From an uncultured archaeon (GTDB taxonomy: Archaea > Thermoplasmatota > Penumbrarchaeia > JASLWR01): a stretch of DNA of 53,786 nt. A program made the translations under genes and the position numbers. Shown here in pieces: positions 26,602 to 38,200 of the stretch. A model generated the notes under the pieces. The model saw nothing but the letters and a program-made list of their open reading frames with translations, was not told the DNA's origin and did not search any database. The stretch spans positions 11,631 through 65,416 of the forward strand of contig CAYFHS010000018.1 of the NCBI GenBank assembly GCA_964342815.1. The letters run 5' to 3'. How positions within the stretch are numbered: position 1 is the stretch's first letter; every line of letters starts with the position of its first letter.

Positions 26602-29031
26602 ATGACCAATATAAAATTGATAAAAATAACAGTGGCGAGTATAGTATTGCTCTTCCTTCTTTCACCCCTTGGAGCATTGGGGAATCACACCGATATCGGT
26701 TCAGGGAACGAGACACTTATTCCGGATTTAAACGGATCGATGAACTCATTTGATAACCATGGATCATCGATTTTGACCAGTAAATATATTCGTCCTCCAA
26801 GGAAAGCCGATGCCATCGATGTTTATTTGAAAGAAAAGATGGCGGAGGCGGCTCCAAATGAAAAATTGGACATCATAGTACAGTTCGGGGATACGTTCGG
26901 TCATTACGATAGATTATCCCTGGAAAGAGCTGGAATCGAGGTCCTGCATACTTTTCCCGGTCTCGATATTTTCCACTGCTTGGCCACGGCTGAGCAGGTT
27001 CGGACGATCAATAATAATCAGAGGATTTTTTATATCGAGTATAACGAAGAATTGGTTTATTTTATGGATCTTTCCCTGGAAACCATAAAGGCAACCGATG
27101 CAATGTATTCAATAATTCAATCGAAGGATGGAGCAAGCCAGGGAAAGATCGACGGAACAGGGGTCACCGCAGTTGTGCTGGATTCAGGTATAGATGCCGG
27201 ACACCCCGACCTTGATTACAAGGAAAAGACCGTAATGAACTTGAAATCCGATGCGGATATGGTGTGGACCGAGGTTGAAAACTCCGACACTTCATCCGGC
27301 CATGGAACTCATTGTGCCGGTACCGTTGCCGGAAATGGTGATGCATCCGGTGGTGCCAGAAGAGGCGTTGCACCTGGCGCCAAATTGATCGGCCTTTCCA
27401 CCGGTGAAGCTTTTTTCATACTGAATGCAGTTGGTGCCCTGGAGTGGGTGTATCAGCATTCCAAACCGCACAACAATCCCTACAATATCAGGGTCGTATC
27501 CAACAGCTGGGGAGCCGGCGGCGGAACGTACAGTCCCAACGATTCGATCTCCATGGCAATAAATAAGATTACGTTTGAAAACAACGTCGTATGTGTTTTT
27601 GCTGCTGGGAACTCCGGTGGAACAGGTGAGGATATCCGGAGCAGCAACTACGGCAACACTCCTTCTGCAGTTTGTGTGGCCGCAGCGGAAAGGGATGGGA
27701 GTGGAATCGCCAGCTTCTCTTCCCGGGGTATGGATGGATATAATAGTACCTATCCGGATATCGCGGCCCCCGGCGTAAGGATATGGTCCACTGCGGCCCG
27801 TCGTACTCTAATTAGCGCCATGACCAAGCAGAACGCTGAAGTGATCGACCCCTACTATTTCGCCATTTCAGGTACAAGCATGGCCACTCCTCACATATCC
27901 GGCGTGATCGCACTTCTTTGGCAGGCATGTCCTTCCATGCGTATCTCTGACGTACGGGACCATTATGAGGGTGACGATCCGGAATGGTCAACGAGAGATG
28001 ATACCAGAATGCATGAGAGCGAGCTGATCATGAAAGCAAGTGCGGATTATATGCAACGGAGTGAAGAGAACGGAATACCGGATAACTGGTCAGTGGGATA
28101 TTTCCAGAATAATTTCGATTTTGCCCAGGGTTACGGTCTGGTTAATGTTAGAAAAGCGGTGGCTCTGGCCAGAACCCTGGAGGAGCTGCGGACCCGAGAT
28201 TTCGACGGGGACGGTCTAGTGGATTATCCCGATGCCACGGTCTTCGATGCTGAAAAACAATATCTTAAAGTGATCAAGACAAAAAATCTATCCTACCCTA
28301 CAACCCAGTTGGCAACCGGATGGCGGGGAGAATGGACGCGGTTCACAAACCAGACAAACAACCAGAAGAAATTGGAGACCGATCAAAGCCACTTTGTATT
28401 TGTCCCTGAATTTGCTAATCAAATGATAATTGATCTTACCTACAGGGTGATAAATGTACCTGAGTTTTCTGCGGTTTCCCTCGCACTTGTTATCGATGCC
28501 AATCTGGACGGTAATATCGACTGGCGCCAGAATCTAGCTTCAGGCCGTCTTTCGGGCCAAAAGCATTCCGTGCTCGCCCTGGATTCTGGCGAGTTTGCGA
28601 AGTATCGAAACCAGCAGTGGATGTTCAATATTGAAGGGCAGGGAATCGACCTTACCGCTTTGAATCTGTTCCAAGGGACTTCGTACAGCGAAATTAAGGT
28701 TGAATTCGACGCTGGTATCGAGATAAGTCTCGACGAACTCCCTGCGGATGGAAATTCCATACCTTTACCTTCAATTCAATCAAGCTCCTCACCGCTGGAA
28801 CCCATTGCTATCGGATCCCCCCAGACAACCGAGGGGCTCACCATGGAGCGTTTGGTTTTCGATATGGGAGAAATAGAGGGATTGGAGGATATGAACCCTG
28901 TTGAGGGCGAAGGCGGCGGCCTGGCCTCGCTTCTGATATGGCTGGGTGTTATCGCTCTTGTCCTCCTGGCAGCTATTACTGCGTATCTCGTGAGAAAGAG
29001 AAAACTAAGTGCAAGGGAAGACGACAAGTAA
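26602..29031 (+). CDS. Secreted, membrane-anchored S8 (subtilisin-like) serine peptidase
   Basis: Signal peptide from ATG 26602; VLDSG, GHGTHCAG, FAAGNSG, GTSMATPH; C-terminal TM plus basic tail. Confidence 0.93.
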   Translation: MTNIKLIKITVASIVLLFLLSPLGALGNHTDIGSGNETLIPDLNGSMNSFDNHGSSILTSKYIRPPRKADAIDVYLKEKMAEAAPNEKLDIIVQFGDTFGHYDRLSLERAGIEVLHTFPGLDIFHCLATAEQVRTINNNQRIFYIEYNEELVYFMDLSLETIKATDAMYSIIQSKDGASQGKIDGTGVTAVVLDSGIDAGHPDLDYKEKTVMNLKSDADMVWTEVENSDTSSGHGTHCAGTVAGNGDASGGARRGVAPGAKLIGLSTGEAFFILNAVGALEWVYQHSKPHNNPYNIRVVSNSWGAGGGTYSPNDSISMAINKITFENNVVCVFAAGNSGGTGEDIRSSNYGNTPSAVCVAAAERDGSGIASFSSRGMDGYNSTYPDIAAPGVRIWSTAARRTLISAMTKQNAEVIDPYYFAISGTSMATPHISGVIALLWQACPSMRISDVRDHYEGDDPEWSTRDDTRMHESELIMKASADYMQRSEENGIPDNWSVGYFQNNFDFAQGYGLVNVRKAVALARTLEELRTRDFDGDGLVDYPDATVFDAEKQYLKVIKTKNLSYPTTQLATGWRGEWTRFTNQTNNQKKLETDQSHFVFVPEFANQMIIDLTYRVINVPEFSAVSLALVIDANLDGNIDWRQNLASGRLSGQKHSVLALDSGEFAKYRNQQWMFNIEGQGIDLTALNLFQGTSYSEIKVEFDAGIEISLDELPADGNSIPLPSIQSSSSPLEPIAIGSPQTTEGLTMERLVFDMGEIEGLEDMNPVEGEGGGLASLLIWLGVIALVLLAAITAYLVRKRKLSAREDDK

Positions 29032-29224
29032 AACAGCTGCTCTCATGGTCTTGGACCCGGGAAATGTTGATTTTCGATCAACCCGTTCTGTTCTCAAACA
29101 AGAGTTATAAATCGACACCACATTTTATATAGGAGGACCTGGATTTTGTGGATAGGTCAATCGACATCGGCCCGTCCCAATGGACGTTCCGTCCTTTGAA
29201 AAAACAATTTATTAGTGATATACC

Positions 29225-30763
29225 ATGGAGGAAATTGGTTTTCTTTCCCATTGCAGGAACTGCCGTAAGACACGTCTATTCGAAGATTACCAGTGCACGA
29301 AATGCGACACTGAGCATTCACGTCGTTTACGCGATGGGAAACGAATAAAAGATGCGGATATAAAGGAGGCCGTGCTGAAAACACAAGAGAGAATATGTCC
29401 TCAATGCCGTGAAATGGTTCCATTGAAAATAATCACAGATCGGGAAATGCTGGGTCTGCTAGTTAGAAAATATCCTTCATGCCCAGAATGCCAGATCGAC
29501 CTAAGCGATGAAGCCATAGAGGTCACCGTTTCTCTGTTCGATGATTTTTCGATTCACATAAAGAGTTTTAAACTAGAGGAAATGCGGCTCTGCCTGGGAT
29601 TGATAATACTTCTAAGACATTTTAAAAAATACATACCGGAAGATGAAGAGTTCAAACCGGATTTCTATGAGTGGAAGAAATGGGCCGTCTCCACGGTGAT
29701 ATCAAAAATAACCGATACCACCAGCCCTGCCCAGATGGCCTTCGGTCGTTTCCTGCTGGATTACCAATCCGCGCCCGAAAAAATGATAAACGAACTTGTA
29801 AAGGAGCATTTCGGGAATATCGAACTTAAGGTGGAACTTCTGGGTTTGTTTGGCTTCAAGAACGAAGCTCCCGGGGAAAAGAAGAAGTTCGAAGACCAGC
29901 TCGAGAAAGTCCTTGCAGAGAAAACCGGCGTAGAGCAGGAACCGGTAACATTATCCTCAGTGGAGATGTACCAGTATGAACTTGTCTTTATACAACAAAG
30001 TGAGGAAGATGACGAAGATGAAGATGAAGATGAAGATGAGGACGAGGACGATGAGGAAGAAGAGGAGGAGTCCGGGTACAATAGAATAATGAAGGAGATC
30101 GAAATTGACATAAACAAATTATCATTCAAGACAAGGACGACAAAGGTAAAGAAAAAACATGGAAAAGAGGCAACAATTGCAACATACCACGCGGTTCTGG
30201 TTATTGATAACGCTGGGAAAACCGTATATCTCTACAGGGCTGAAGGATTCGTTCCTAAGGATGATAAGCAGACCTCTTTTCGGGGACGAAGACTTTTGGA
30301 TGCCGTCATAAAGACACAGGCGGATCCGACCAAGGATGCCGGGGACATCTTCTCTCCCGATTTCTTCGACAAACTGCCCTGCAACGATATTTGCTATATT
30401 GCACACAGACTTGGAAAACCTTATCTTGCAACCTATGAATTCCGGGATATTGTATTCGGCCCTGGTGAGGACAGGGATTTTTCATCTTACGAGGCTGGTC
30501 CCGAAGAGGGATTTACAAAGCCGGAACCACGCGAAGAGATGATCCGAGCGATACTTAACCAGGGGGAGTGGGCCAAGCTTCATAAACGGGTTGGAATCTG
30601 CCAACAATGCGCCGGAATAACAAGACCCTTCCTCCGGGAGAAATGGGAATGCCCGGAATGCGGCAGCCGAGAACCCGCAAAGGAATATTACTGTTCGAAC
30701 TGTGTCTCCGCCATAGGTGTCGGTGATTCACGTTGCGGGAATTGCGGAGAATTTCTGATATGA
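29225..30763 (+). CDS. Hypothetical protein with N- and C-terminal multiple zinc ribbons and a central Asp/Glu tract
   Basis: Four CxxC near the N-terminus and four at the C-terminus; EEDDEDEDEDE tract near 30000-30070. Confidence 0.75.
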   Translation: MEEIGFLSHCRNCRKTRLFEDYQCTKCDTEHSRRLRDGKRIKDADIKEAVLKTQERICPQCREMVPLKIITDREMLGLLVRKYPSCPECQIDLSDEAIEVTVSLFDDFSIHIKSFKLEEMRLCLGLIILLRHFKKYIPEDEEFKPDFYEWKKWAVSTVISKITDTTSPAQMAFGRFLLDYQSAPEKMINELVKEHFGNIELKVELLGLFGFKNEAPGEKKKFEDQLEKVLAEKTGVEQEPVTLSSVEMYQYELVFIQQSEEDDEDEDEDEDEDEDDEEEEEESGYNRIMKEIEIDINKLSFKTRTTKVKKKHGKEATIATYHAVLVIDNAGKTVYLYRAEGFVPKDDKQTSFRGRRLLDAVIKTQADPTKDAGDIFSPDFFDKLPCNDICYIAHRLGKPYLATYEFRDIVFGPGEDRDFSSYEAGPEEGFTKPEPREEMIRAILNQGEWAKLHKRVGICQQCAGITRPFLREKWECPECGSREPAKEYYCSNCVSAIGVGDSRCGNCGEFLI

Positions 30764-31293
30764 GGGATCAAATGGCGAGCGATAATGACTTTGATATATC
30801 GGACGAAGTGACTCGCCTCATGGGCAAGAGCGAGGATTTCGAAGCAAGAGAGGAGCTTCGCAACCTTTTGGGTGTGCTTATCTTCATGAATATTTTAATC
30901 CTCTTGAACCTGATACTCGTACTTATTTACCCGAAAGGAGGGAACTACGGCTGCGCGGTCCCGGGGATTCTCATCAATATCGCCTTTTTCATTACCGCTG
31001 TGATGTATTTCATTCTGGGATCCCGGTTCGCAAGCGAAATGGAGGATGAAAATGATTACGACCCGGACGTTCAGTTCCTAATCGACAAGGAAAAGGCGAA
31101 AAAGATATCCATGCTCTTCTTCGGTGCTGCCCTCTTGATGTCCGCCGGTGCAGTTGCGTGCGGATTCATATTTAAGGACGGCCTTTTTCTCACGTATCCG
31201 ACCATTCTGCATTTAATAATGCTAATAGTGATGTTGTTTATCACGAATAAGACCATGTCGGAAAACGATGCCTTCGACGTTATAAGGGACTAG
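30760..31293 (+). CDS. Hypothetical membrane protein, about 4 TM
   Basis: ATGA overlap with the upstream stop; hydrophobic helices. Confidence 0.7.
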   Translation: MRDQMASDNDFDISDEVTRLMGKSEDFEAREELRNLLGVLIFMNILILLNLILVLIYPKGGNYGCAVPGILINIAFFITAVMYFILGSRFASEMEDENDYDPDVQFLIDKEKAKKISMLFFGAALLMSAGAVACGFIFKDGLFLTYPTILHLIMLIVMLFITNKTMSENDAFDVIRD

Positions 31294-31295
31294 TA

Positions 31296-32207
31296 TTATT
31301 GTAAATTTCTCCGAAGTTCCTGCACCCTTTTCATGAAAAAACGGAGCCTGGCCATCTTCCGCGGGTCCTCACCATCCAGTAAATGCGTAAGATGCCAGCA
31401 GATCATGGCGTGAGCCCCCCACTGGATATAAAATGGCAAAAGTTCGAGTTCTCGGGGTTCAATCTTCCGTATAGAATTGTATTCTTTTAAAAATATATCT
31501 TTCAATTCATGGTCCAGCCGGTTATGGATAAAGCAGAATCCGTTGATTGTTACCCCGATATCATAGAGAAAATGATCGGTGCATACTTCCTCGAAATCAA
31601 CAATCGCCACCAGCTGGTCTCCGTTCCATAAAGAATTGTCGGGAAAAATATCCCCGTGAACCAGTCCCACCGGGAGTTTTTCTAAAAGCGCTTTCGAGAG
31701 AAATTCTGTTTGTTCAATGAAATATTCAAATATTTCAGGATATTGGTGATTGGAACCGTTGAAACGCGATATCGTTCTTTGGCATAGTCCGATATTCAAT
31801 GCATTTTCTTTCTCATACCGTACCCATCCTTTTAGAAGGTGCAACCGGGCAACTGTCCTCGCGATCACGGCAACGGTCCGTGGATTTATCGAGCCTTCGT
31901 TTCCCTCGATATAATCATACAAAACAATATTTCCATACAAACTTTTCGTAATGTATTCTCCATCACTTCTTGGAACCGGGAATGCAGCGGGAAATTTTTC
32001 CTGTTGAAGATATGTTAAAACGTCAATCTCGTGCTGAATATCTTTTAGGGATTTTTCTGTAAATATCCTCAAGAGGGAATCTCCGCTCTCCGTGCTCAAC
32101 CTGTAGTTTGTGTTGGCATAACCGCTATGGAGTCTTGTGAGGGATTGGATGCCGATTATATTGTAGAATTTTTTTATTTCATGAACGTTTTTTATAGATA
32201 AATCCAT
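31296..32207 (-). CDS. APH/choline-kinase-fold phosphotransferase, type II homoserine kinase-like
   Basis: G..NTNYRL, E...L.YL....FP...P, VHGDIFPDN, IVDFEE, YDIG. Confidence 0.85.
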   Translation of the reverse strand: MDLSIKNVHEIKKFYNIIGIQSLTRLHSGYANTNYRLSTESGDSLLRIFTEKSLKDIQHEIDVLTYLQQEKFPAAFPVPRSDGEYITKSLYGNIVLYDYIEGNEGSINPRTVAVIARTVARLHLLKGWVRYEKENALNIGLCQRTISRFNGSNHQYPEIFEYFIEQTEFLSKALLEKLPVGLVHGDIFPDNSLWNGDQLVAIVDFEEVCTDHFLYDIGVTINGFCFIHNRLDHELKDIFLKEYNSIRKIEPRELELLPFYIQWGAHAMICWHLTHLLDGEDPRKMARLRFFMKRVQELRRNLQ

Positions 32208-32405
32208 GATGTTGGGAAAGCGGAAATGGTATTAAAAAATTGTTATAATCGCAAATCTCCTCGAAACCTTCTATCATTTCTGGAAAAAATCTGTCAGCGT
32301 AGACGGATTTCACCATCCGTATTTACAGGTCAGTCTTAGGATTCATTTAACTTGACAAACCATTATCGGTCATACGTCAATACAGGTCAATATCGAAAAC
32401 CTCTA

Positions 32406-32789
32406 TTAATAAAGGAAGATTGCTACTGCAAAGTATCCCACTCCTGCAGTTATAAGCAGTTCGAAGACCAATATCAGGATACCTATAACGTTCCCGGTAG
32501 TCCCCGTAGCTGACTTATCACGTTTAAATGATTTTATTATGTAGATCAACTGAACGATACAACATCCCAATATTATTAGAAATACAACGGGAACGAAGTA
32601 TTTTGTCGTGATCCCTGCTACTATCAAACCCACAACAAGAAAGAACCAAAATCCTGCCAGACCCAGATAATACGGAACATCGCTCTTCTGAGGGACAAGC
32701 CCTTTGACTTCCCTGTCGGCTCTACTTTCAGTCATGTATATCGCTTCCCGGAGGTTCACGTAATTCGCGGTTGAAACGTTCACCTCCAT
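32406..32789 (-). CDS. Small hypothetical membrane protein, 3 TM
   Basis: 127 aa with three hydrophobic segments. Confidence 0.65.
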   Translation of the reverse strand: MEVNVSTANYVNLREAIYMTESRADREVKGLVPQKSDVPYYLGLAGFWFFLVVGLIVAGITTKYFVPVVFLIILGCCIVQLIYIIKSFKRDKSATGTTGNVIGILILVFELLITAGVGYFAVAIFLY

Positions 32790-33009
32790 TTTAACTATTA
32801 TACGAATCTCTGCGAATATAAAAATCTATCTCTATAATAATGGTAATTTGTTATATTAGATGGGATCAACACAAGATGGAATTAACATCGCATAGGATTG
32901 ATGGAGAAATTGATATTATTCCCGGATTTCTCATTCAAAACCAGAATCCGAGCACAATGATTATCTACGCCGTGTGTAATGGTGGGCTGGAACTGCTGGA
33001 GATTTCCTG

Positions 33010-35157
33010 ATGTCGGTGAAATTCTGTAAAAAATGCAAACAGTTGATGCCTCCGAGAACCGTAAAATGCCCCAGGTGCGGTGAACAGGACGGGGGTATAT
33101 CCGAGATGAGCAGAAGAAGCCTTACAACCCTGGTCAGAGGCAGCCGCGGTCGGGCAACGAAGGGTCCACTGTCTCAAGAACCGGTAGGAAAAAATGTTCA
33201 AAAGAAATCGGAAACAAGCACCAGTAAACCCCCTCTCGGTTACCCCTTGTTCCCTTTCGGAAAAATAAGGGGCGGCCAGATCAATTTTCTGAACGACTGT
33301 AAAAAAGCCTTTATTAAAGGTATGCACCTTGTTGCCTACGCTCCCACCGGAATAGGCAAGACCGTGGCCTCGCTGGTACCGGCTCTTGAGGAAGCTATAA
33401 AGCAGAAGAAAACCATTCTTTTCCTGACCTCGAAACAGAGCCAGCACAAGATGGCTGTGGATACCCTTCGCAGTATCTACAATAAATCCTCATATCTTCT
33501 GGAACTTCTCAAAAAGACGCGACCGAGAGATTCTTTATCGGAGAATGCACACTCAGGAGCGGTCAATCTCGTAGTTGTGGATATCATATCCAAACAGGAT
33601 ATGTGCCCACGCGGTTTTGCCCGGGAATATCACGCAGTATTCAACGAATTCTGTAAAATGGAAAAGAAATTGAAGAAATGTCCATATCTTCATGGGAAGA
33701 AGACGGATGTTTATAGAAAGATCGAAGAGGAGATCCTCCACGTTGAAGAGTTAAAGGAGATTGCAGTGGCACATATGATGTGTCCCCATATGGCAGCCCT
33801 TTCCGTTGCAAAATACGCTCACGTTATCATTTGCGATTATAATTATCTTTTTTCAGATATCGCCGCTGCAATGTTGGAAAAGATGGAGCTTGAGCCCGAT
33901 GACATCATCGCCATCGTGGACGAAGCACATAATTTGCCGGATCGTATTCGTTCTCATCTGAGCGGCGACATCACCCTCAATCGAATGAGAGACGCCATGT
34001 CTGAACTGCAGGAGGTCGATCCTCAACTGCATCATTTCGTTAAACAGATGAAGGACGTTTTCGCAAATATCTTTTCGTCCATAGGGGAAGACCGGGAGAA
34101 GATAGTCCCCAAAGAGAAATTAATAAATGAAATTGAAGCCATCCTGCAGGGAACTCTCGACGGCCCTATGAGTATAAAAGAGTTATATGATCGGCTAATA
34201 GAAGAGGGAGAAAATCGACTTGAAGCGGGAAAAGGGACAAACACCATACTGCATCTGGGTGAATTCCTGCAAACGTGGTCCAAGGACCAGCCTGGAACGG
34301 TCCGCTTCGGCACCACCAAGGGAAGGACCAGTCTGTGCTATCGACTCCTTGACCCGTCTACCATATCGGGACCGGTATTCAGCGGACTGCATTCCGCCGT
34401 ACTCATGAGCGGAACCCTTTTTCCCCCACGGATGTACGCCGATATACTGGGATTGGGATTCGAAAGAACCGTTCTTCGAGAGTATCGTTCGCCTTTTCCC
34501 AGGGAGAACCGTCCCATATACGTCGTGGAAGACGTTACCACGCTGTACAAGAAACGCGGACCGGATATGTACCGGAGGATGGCAGAGACGATTACCGAAG
34601 CATCAGGGACCTTCCATGGTAATCTTGCCGTCTTTTTTCCATCTTACGCACTACTCCAGGAGATTGAGCTTGAGCTTTCCGACTCCTGGCTGCCTAAACA
34701 GCTGGTCATTGAGGAAAAAAGTATGAAGAAAGCTGACAAAGAAAGACTTTTTCAAAAGCTTGAACGGCTCCGGTACATGGGGGGTGGAATTTTATTGGGT
34801 GTGCAGGGTGGTTCGTTATCGGAAGGGACAGATTACCCGGACGGCCTGTTGAAGATGGTCATGGTAGTTGGCATACCGCTGGCCCCTCCCTCCCTAGAAG
34901 TGGAACTGCTCATCGGCTATTACAAAAAACTGTTCGGCCAATCAATGGGATATAAATATAGCTACCTGTTCCCGGCTCTTTCGAGAGTGCTGCAGGCGGC
35001 AGGAAGGTGTATTAGGAGCGAGGAAGATCGTGGTGTGGTAATGCTAATGGACCGAAGATTCGCCCAAAGCACGTTCAACAAGCACTTTCCTGGAGATTTC
35101 CAAATAAGAAAATCTCACGATATGATGAATGAGATAGCGGTTTTTTTCAATAGTTGA
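33010..35157 (+). CDS. xpd: XPD/Rad3/DinG-family FeS DNA helicase with N-terminal zinc ribbon
   Basis: APTGIGKT, FeS cysteines (MCP, FC, CPY, CP), DYNY, VDEAHN, MSGTL, FFPSY, GSLSEG, QAAGR.IR..ED.G. Confidence 0.92.
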   Translation: MSVKFCKKCKQLMPPRTVKCPRCGEQDGGISEMSRRSLTTLVRGSRGRATKGPLSQEPVGKNVQKKSETSTSKPPLGYPLFPFGKIRGGQINFLNDCKKAFIKGMHLVAYAPTGIGKTVASLVPALEEAIKQKKTILFLTSKQSQHKMAVDTLRSIYNKSSYLLELLKKTRPRDSLSENAHSGAVNLVVVDIISKQDMCPRGFAREYHAVFNEFCKMEKKLKKCPYLHGKKTDVYRKIEEEILHVEELKEIAVAHMMCPHMAALSVAKYAHVIICDYNYLFSDIAAAMLEKMELEPDDIIAIVDEAHNLPDRIRSHLSGDITLNRMRDAMSELQEVDPQLHHFVKQMKDVFANIFSSIGEDREKIVPKEKLINEIEAILQGTLDGPMSIKELYDRLIEEGENRLEAGKGTNTILHLGEFLQTWSKDQPGTVRFGTTKGRTSLCYRLLDPSTISGPVFSGLHSAVLMSGTLFPPRMYADILGLGFERTVLREYRSPFPRENRPIYVVEDVTTLYKKRGPDMYRRMAETITEASGTFHGNLAVFFPSYALLQEIELELSDSWLPKQLVIEEKSMKKADKERLFQKLERLRYMGGGILLGVQGGSLSEGTDYPDGLLKMVMVVGIPLAPPSLEVELLIGYYKKLFGQSMGYKYSYLFPALSRVLQAAGRCIRSEEDRGVVMLMDRRFAQSTFNKHFPGDFQIRKSHDMMNEIAVFFNS

Positions 35158-35276
35158 AGATAGTGATCAATAGTCTTCGATACAAATATCAATTAACATT
35201 TCGATGTTCGTTCCAAAATCTATTTTAATAATCTTCGACAATTCAATAAGCATAAAATCGAAGGAAGGTGAACATT

Positions 35277-38200
35277 ATGAGTAAAATATTTCCGATTATA
35301 GCTGTGGTCGTTTTATTGGGTGCTGCAGTCATAGCAGGCATTTACCAATTGGACGGCCCGGGAACAGATACTGCCAATAATAAAAAATCCGCTGGTGGGA
35401 TAAATCTTGAAAAATGGAAGGAATATTCGAAAAACATTGAAACCCCGGAGATCGTGACAACGGATCCAGGAATTGCCAGGGCAACTCCTGGTGGGGAGCT
35501 GGAAAAGATCGCTCGATTGGAAGGTCTTAACAACTTCACCGATGGAAGTGAAGGGAGCTCGGGAGATAACCAGAGCGGAGCTCCAAGAGAAGAAGCAGGT
35601 TATTCCGAAGACGCGGATTCCGATTCAATGAAAGCAGGAGCTAGTGACGAGGAAGTTCGCGAAGTTGAGGAAGCCGACCTCGTAAAAGTGATCGATGATA
35701 CCTTGTATGTATTGAACAGCTACAGAGGATTATTGGCGGTTGACATTTCAAATCCGGAAGACGCTCACATTGTCGGACAGTGTTCCGTGATTGGTTATCC
35801 GGTGGAGATGTACGTCGTTGATTTCCTTGCTGTTATCACCGTGAGGACCGATTACAACTTCTGGCACCGATACTGGGGACAGGAAGAAATTTCCGGGGAT
35901 GAGAGCGGTAATGTGGGAACCATGATATATATCGTGAACGTGGGGGACCCATCTCATCCGGCAATCCTCAAGATCGTGGAACTGGAGGGATTCCCGGTAG
36001 AGTCTAGGAGAGTCGGGCATGTCATCTACCAGGCCACCAACACTTACGGGTGGTACTGGTATAACAATGAAGGAAAGGAGGAGACAATTGTAACCAGTAT
36101 CGATTTTGGGGATCCCGACACCCTGGGAATGAAAGATCAGGCTAGATTCGAGGGAAGCTCAAGCCAGGTTCACGCCAGTCCCACAGCTTTCTATATCGCG
36201 GAACCCGTATGGATATATGAAGAGGATGTAAGGGAAGAGCAGTTCGAAAAGGTTAACGATTCGGGAGAAGGGGTGGATGAGAAAAAAATTGAGAAAAATG
36301 AAGAAAAATCATTGTGGGACTATCCTTTCGATGATTGGTACCGCTACTATACCGATATAAGCTATCTCGATATAGAAGATCCGGATGGCGACATAGTCGT
36401 AAGAGATTCATTCAGGGTTCCAGGTCAATTGCACGACAAGTATCAAATGGACGAGTATGAAAATACATTCAGAATGGTAACCCACTTCAGGAAGGGAATC
36501 GGTGAATCCAGATTATATATAGTTGATATTTCTAATCCGAATAATATCAATGCCCTTGGAACTCTGCTTGTGGACGATGCTGGTAGCTTGATGGCAACGA
36601 GATTCGCGGGTAAAAGGGCCTATACCATACATTTACCCAGGGCAATAGATCCTCTGGACGTCCTTGATCTTTCAGATCCTTCAAACCCCAAATTATGCGA
36701 TGTTTTCGAAATGCCCGGTTGGGTGACGCACATGGAGGTCAGGGGAATGAAGATCATTGCGTTGGGAGTTGACGACTCGGAAGGCCAGAGGAACATTGCG
36801 GTATCTCTTTTCGATGTGAGCGACCCGTACAATGTGGTTATGGAGGAAAGGGTTCGTCTTGGCGGTGATTACGCGTATTCCGCGGCCAACTGGGAACCGA
36901 AGGCTCTTACCGTCGACGAGATTCATAATGTGGTAATCGTACCCTACACATCATGGTCGAAAGATTATAGAAATGACAATTCGGGTGTACAGATCGTTGG
37001 ATTCGATCTCGCGGAAGGAGACCTCTGGCTCGGCGGTAACGTTTCCGGTCCATATTCTATTGAGCGGACCAGGGTCGTTGGAGATTGGATTCTGGCAACC
37101 TCTTTTAAAAGCCTCCAGGTCATGGACATCAGCGACCTTAAGAACCCGTCTTTGGTTAAAATGATAGATCTGTGTGTCAACGTAAAAGACTTGGTGCCGG
37201 TTGGAGAATACGTGATCCAGATGGTTCAGGATTGGTATGATGGAAGTGTTGTGCTTCGCAGTGTCGTGGAACCGAACGACATCACTGCTATCGACACTCT
37301 GACACTTGAATCCAATTGGGCTCGATTATTCAGTATAAATGATGAGCTAATTCTCGCGGCCAATGTATACGAGGATGAAAAAATGCGTGGAAAGTTATTT
37401 AGGGTAAGTCTGAACGCTGGTGGGGACATCACTGCCACAGACCTACAGGGACTCCCCGACGGAGTTACCTTCAATGATAGGACCAATTACTACCCCTGGT
37501 ACGGGTATTATGAGGACGACATAATGATCGACCGGTCACGCTTTTCACGGTCAGTCTATTTTCCTAATTCAGGTGAAGATAGGTTCGCCCTTACCGGTGA
37601 TTCGCTGATCTACTATCATATCGGAGAACATCCATATTCGAAATGGGAGTATAACAAAGAATATGACCAGTACATTCCGACATCTGAGGAGAAAGGCAGC
37701 GATGAACTGTTCGTTTTCAATCTCTCCGATCTCTCTCGGGTTCCTGCTCCCGGTTCCGTAAAGCTCGAAACCTATTCCTTCGTGGGCTTCTCTGTTTGGG
37801 ATAGTACCGTGTACGTACAGCACCGAATGACCGGTGTTAATGTCCTTAATCGTTCTCAATACAATAAATGGAATGGGGATTGGTACGATTATTACTATTA
37901 TGAATGGTATTACAAGAATCACGTTGTTGGGATCGACTGCGTTGATACGGCCGCGCCCCGGCTAATGGAAGAATACAACATACCCGGCAGGATGATCGGT
38001 GCAGGTGAGGATGTCATATATACGGTTTCCGAGTGGAGTGACGACCGGTCCAACATAACCCTGAATACACTGACCTTATACGACGATGCTGCCGAGATCA
38101 CCTCAGCAGTTAATCTCGGGAATGGATGGGTAGAGGTGGTGATGGACGGAGAGACAGCATATGTTGTTGACCGGCCATACAATTACTACTATTATTACGG

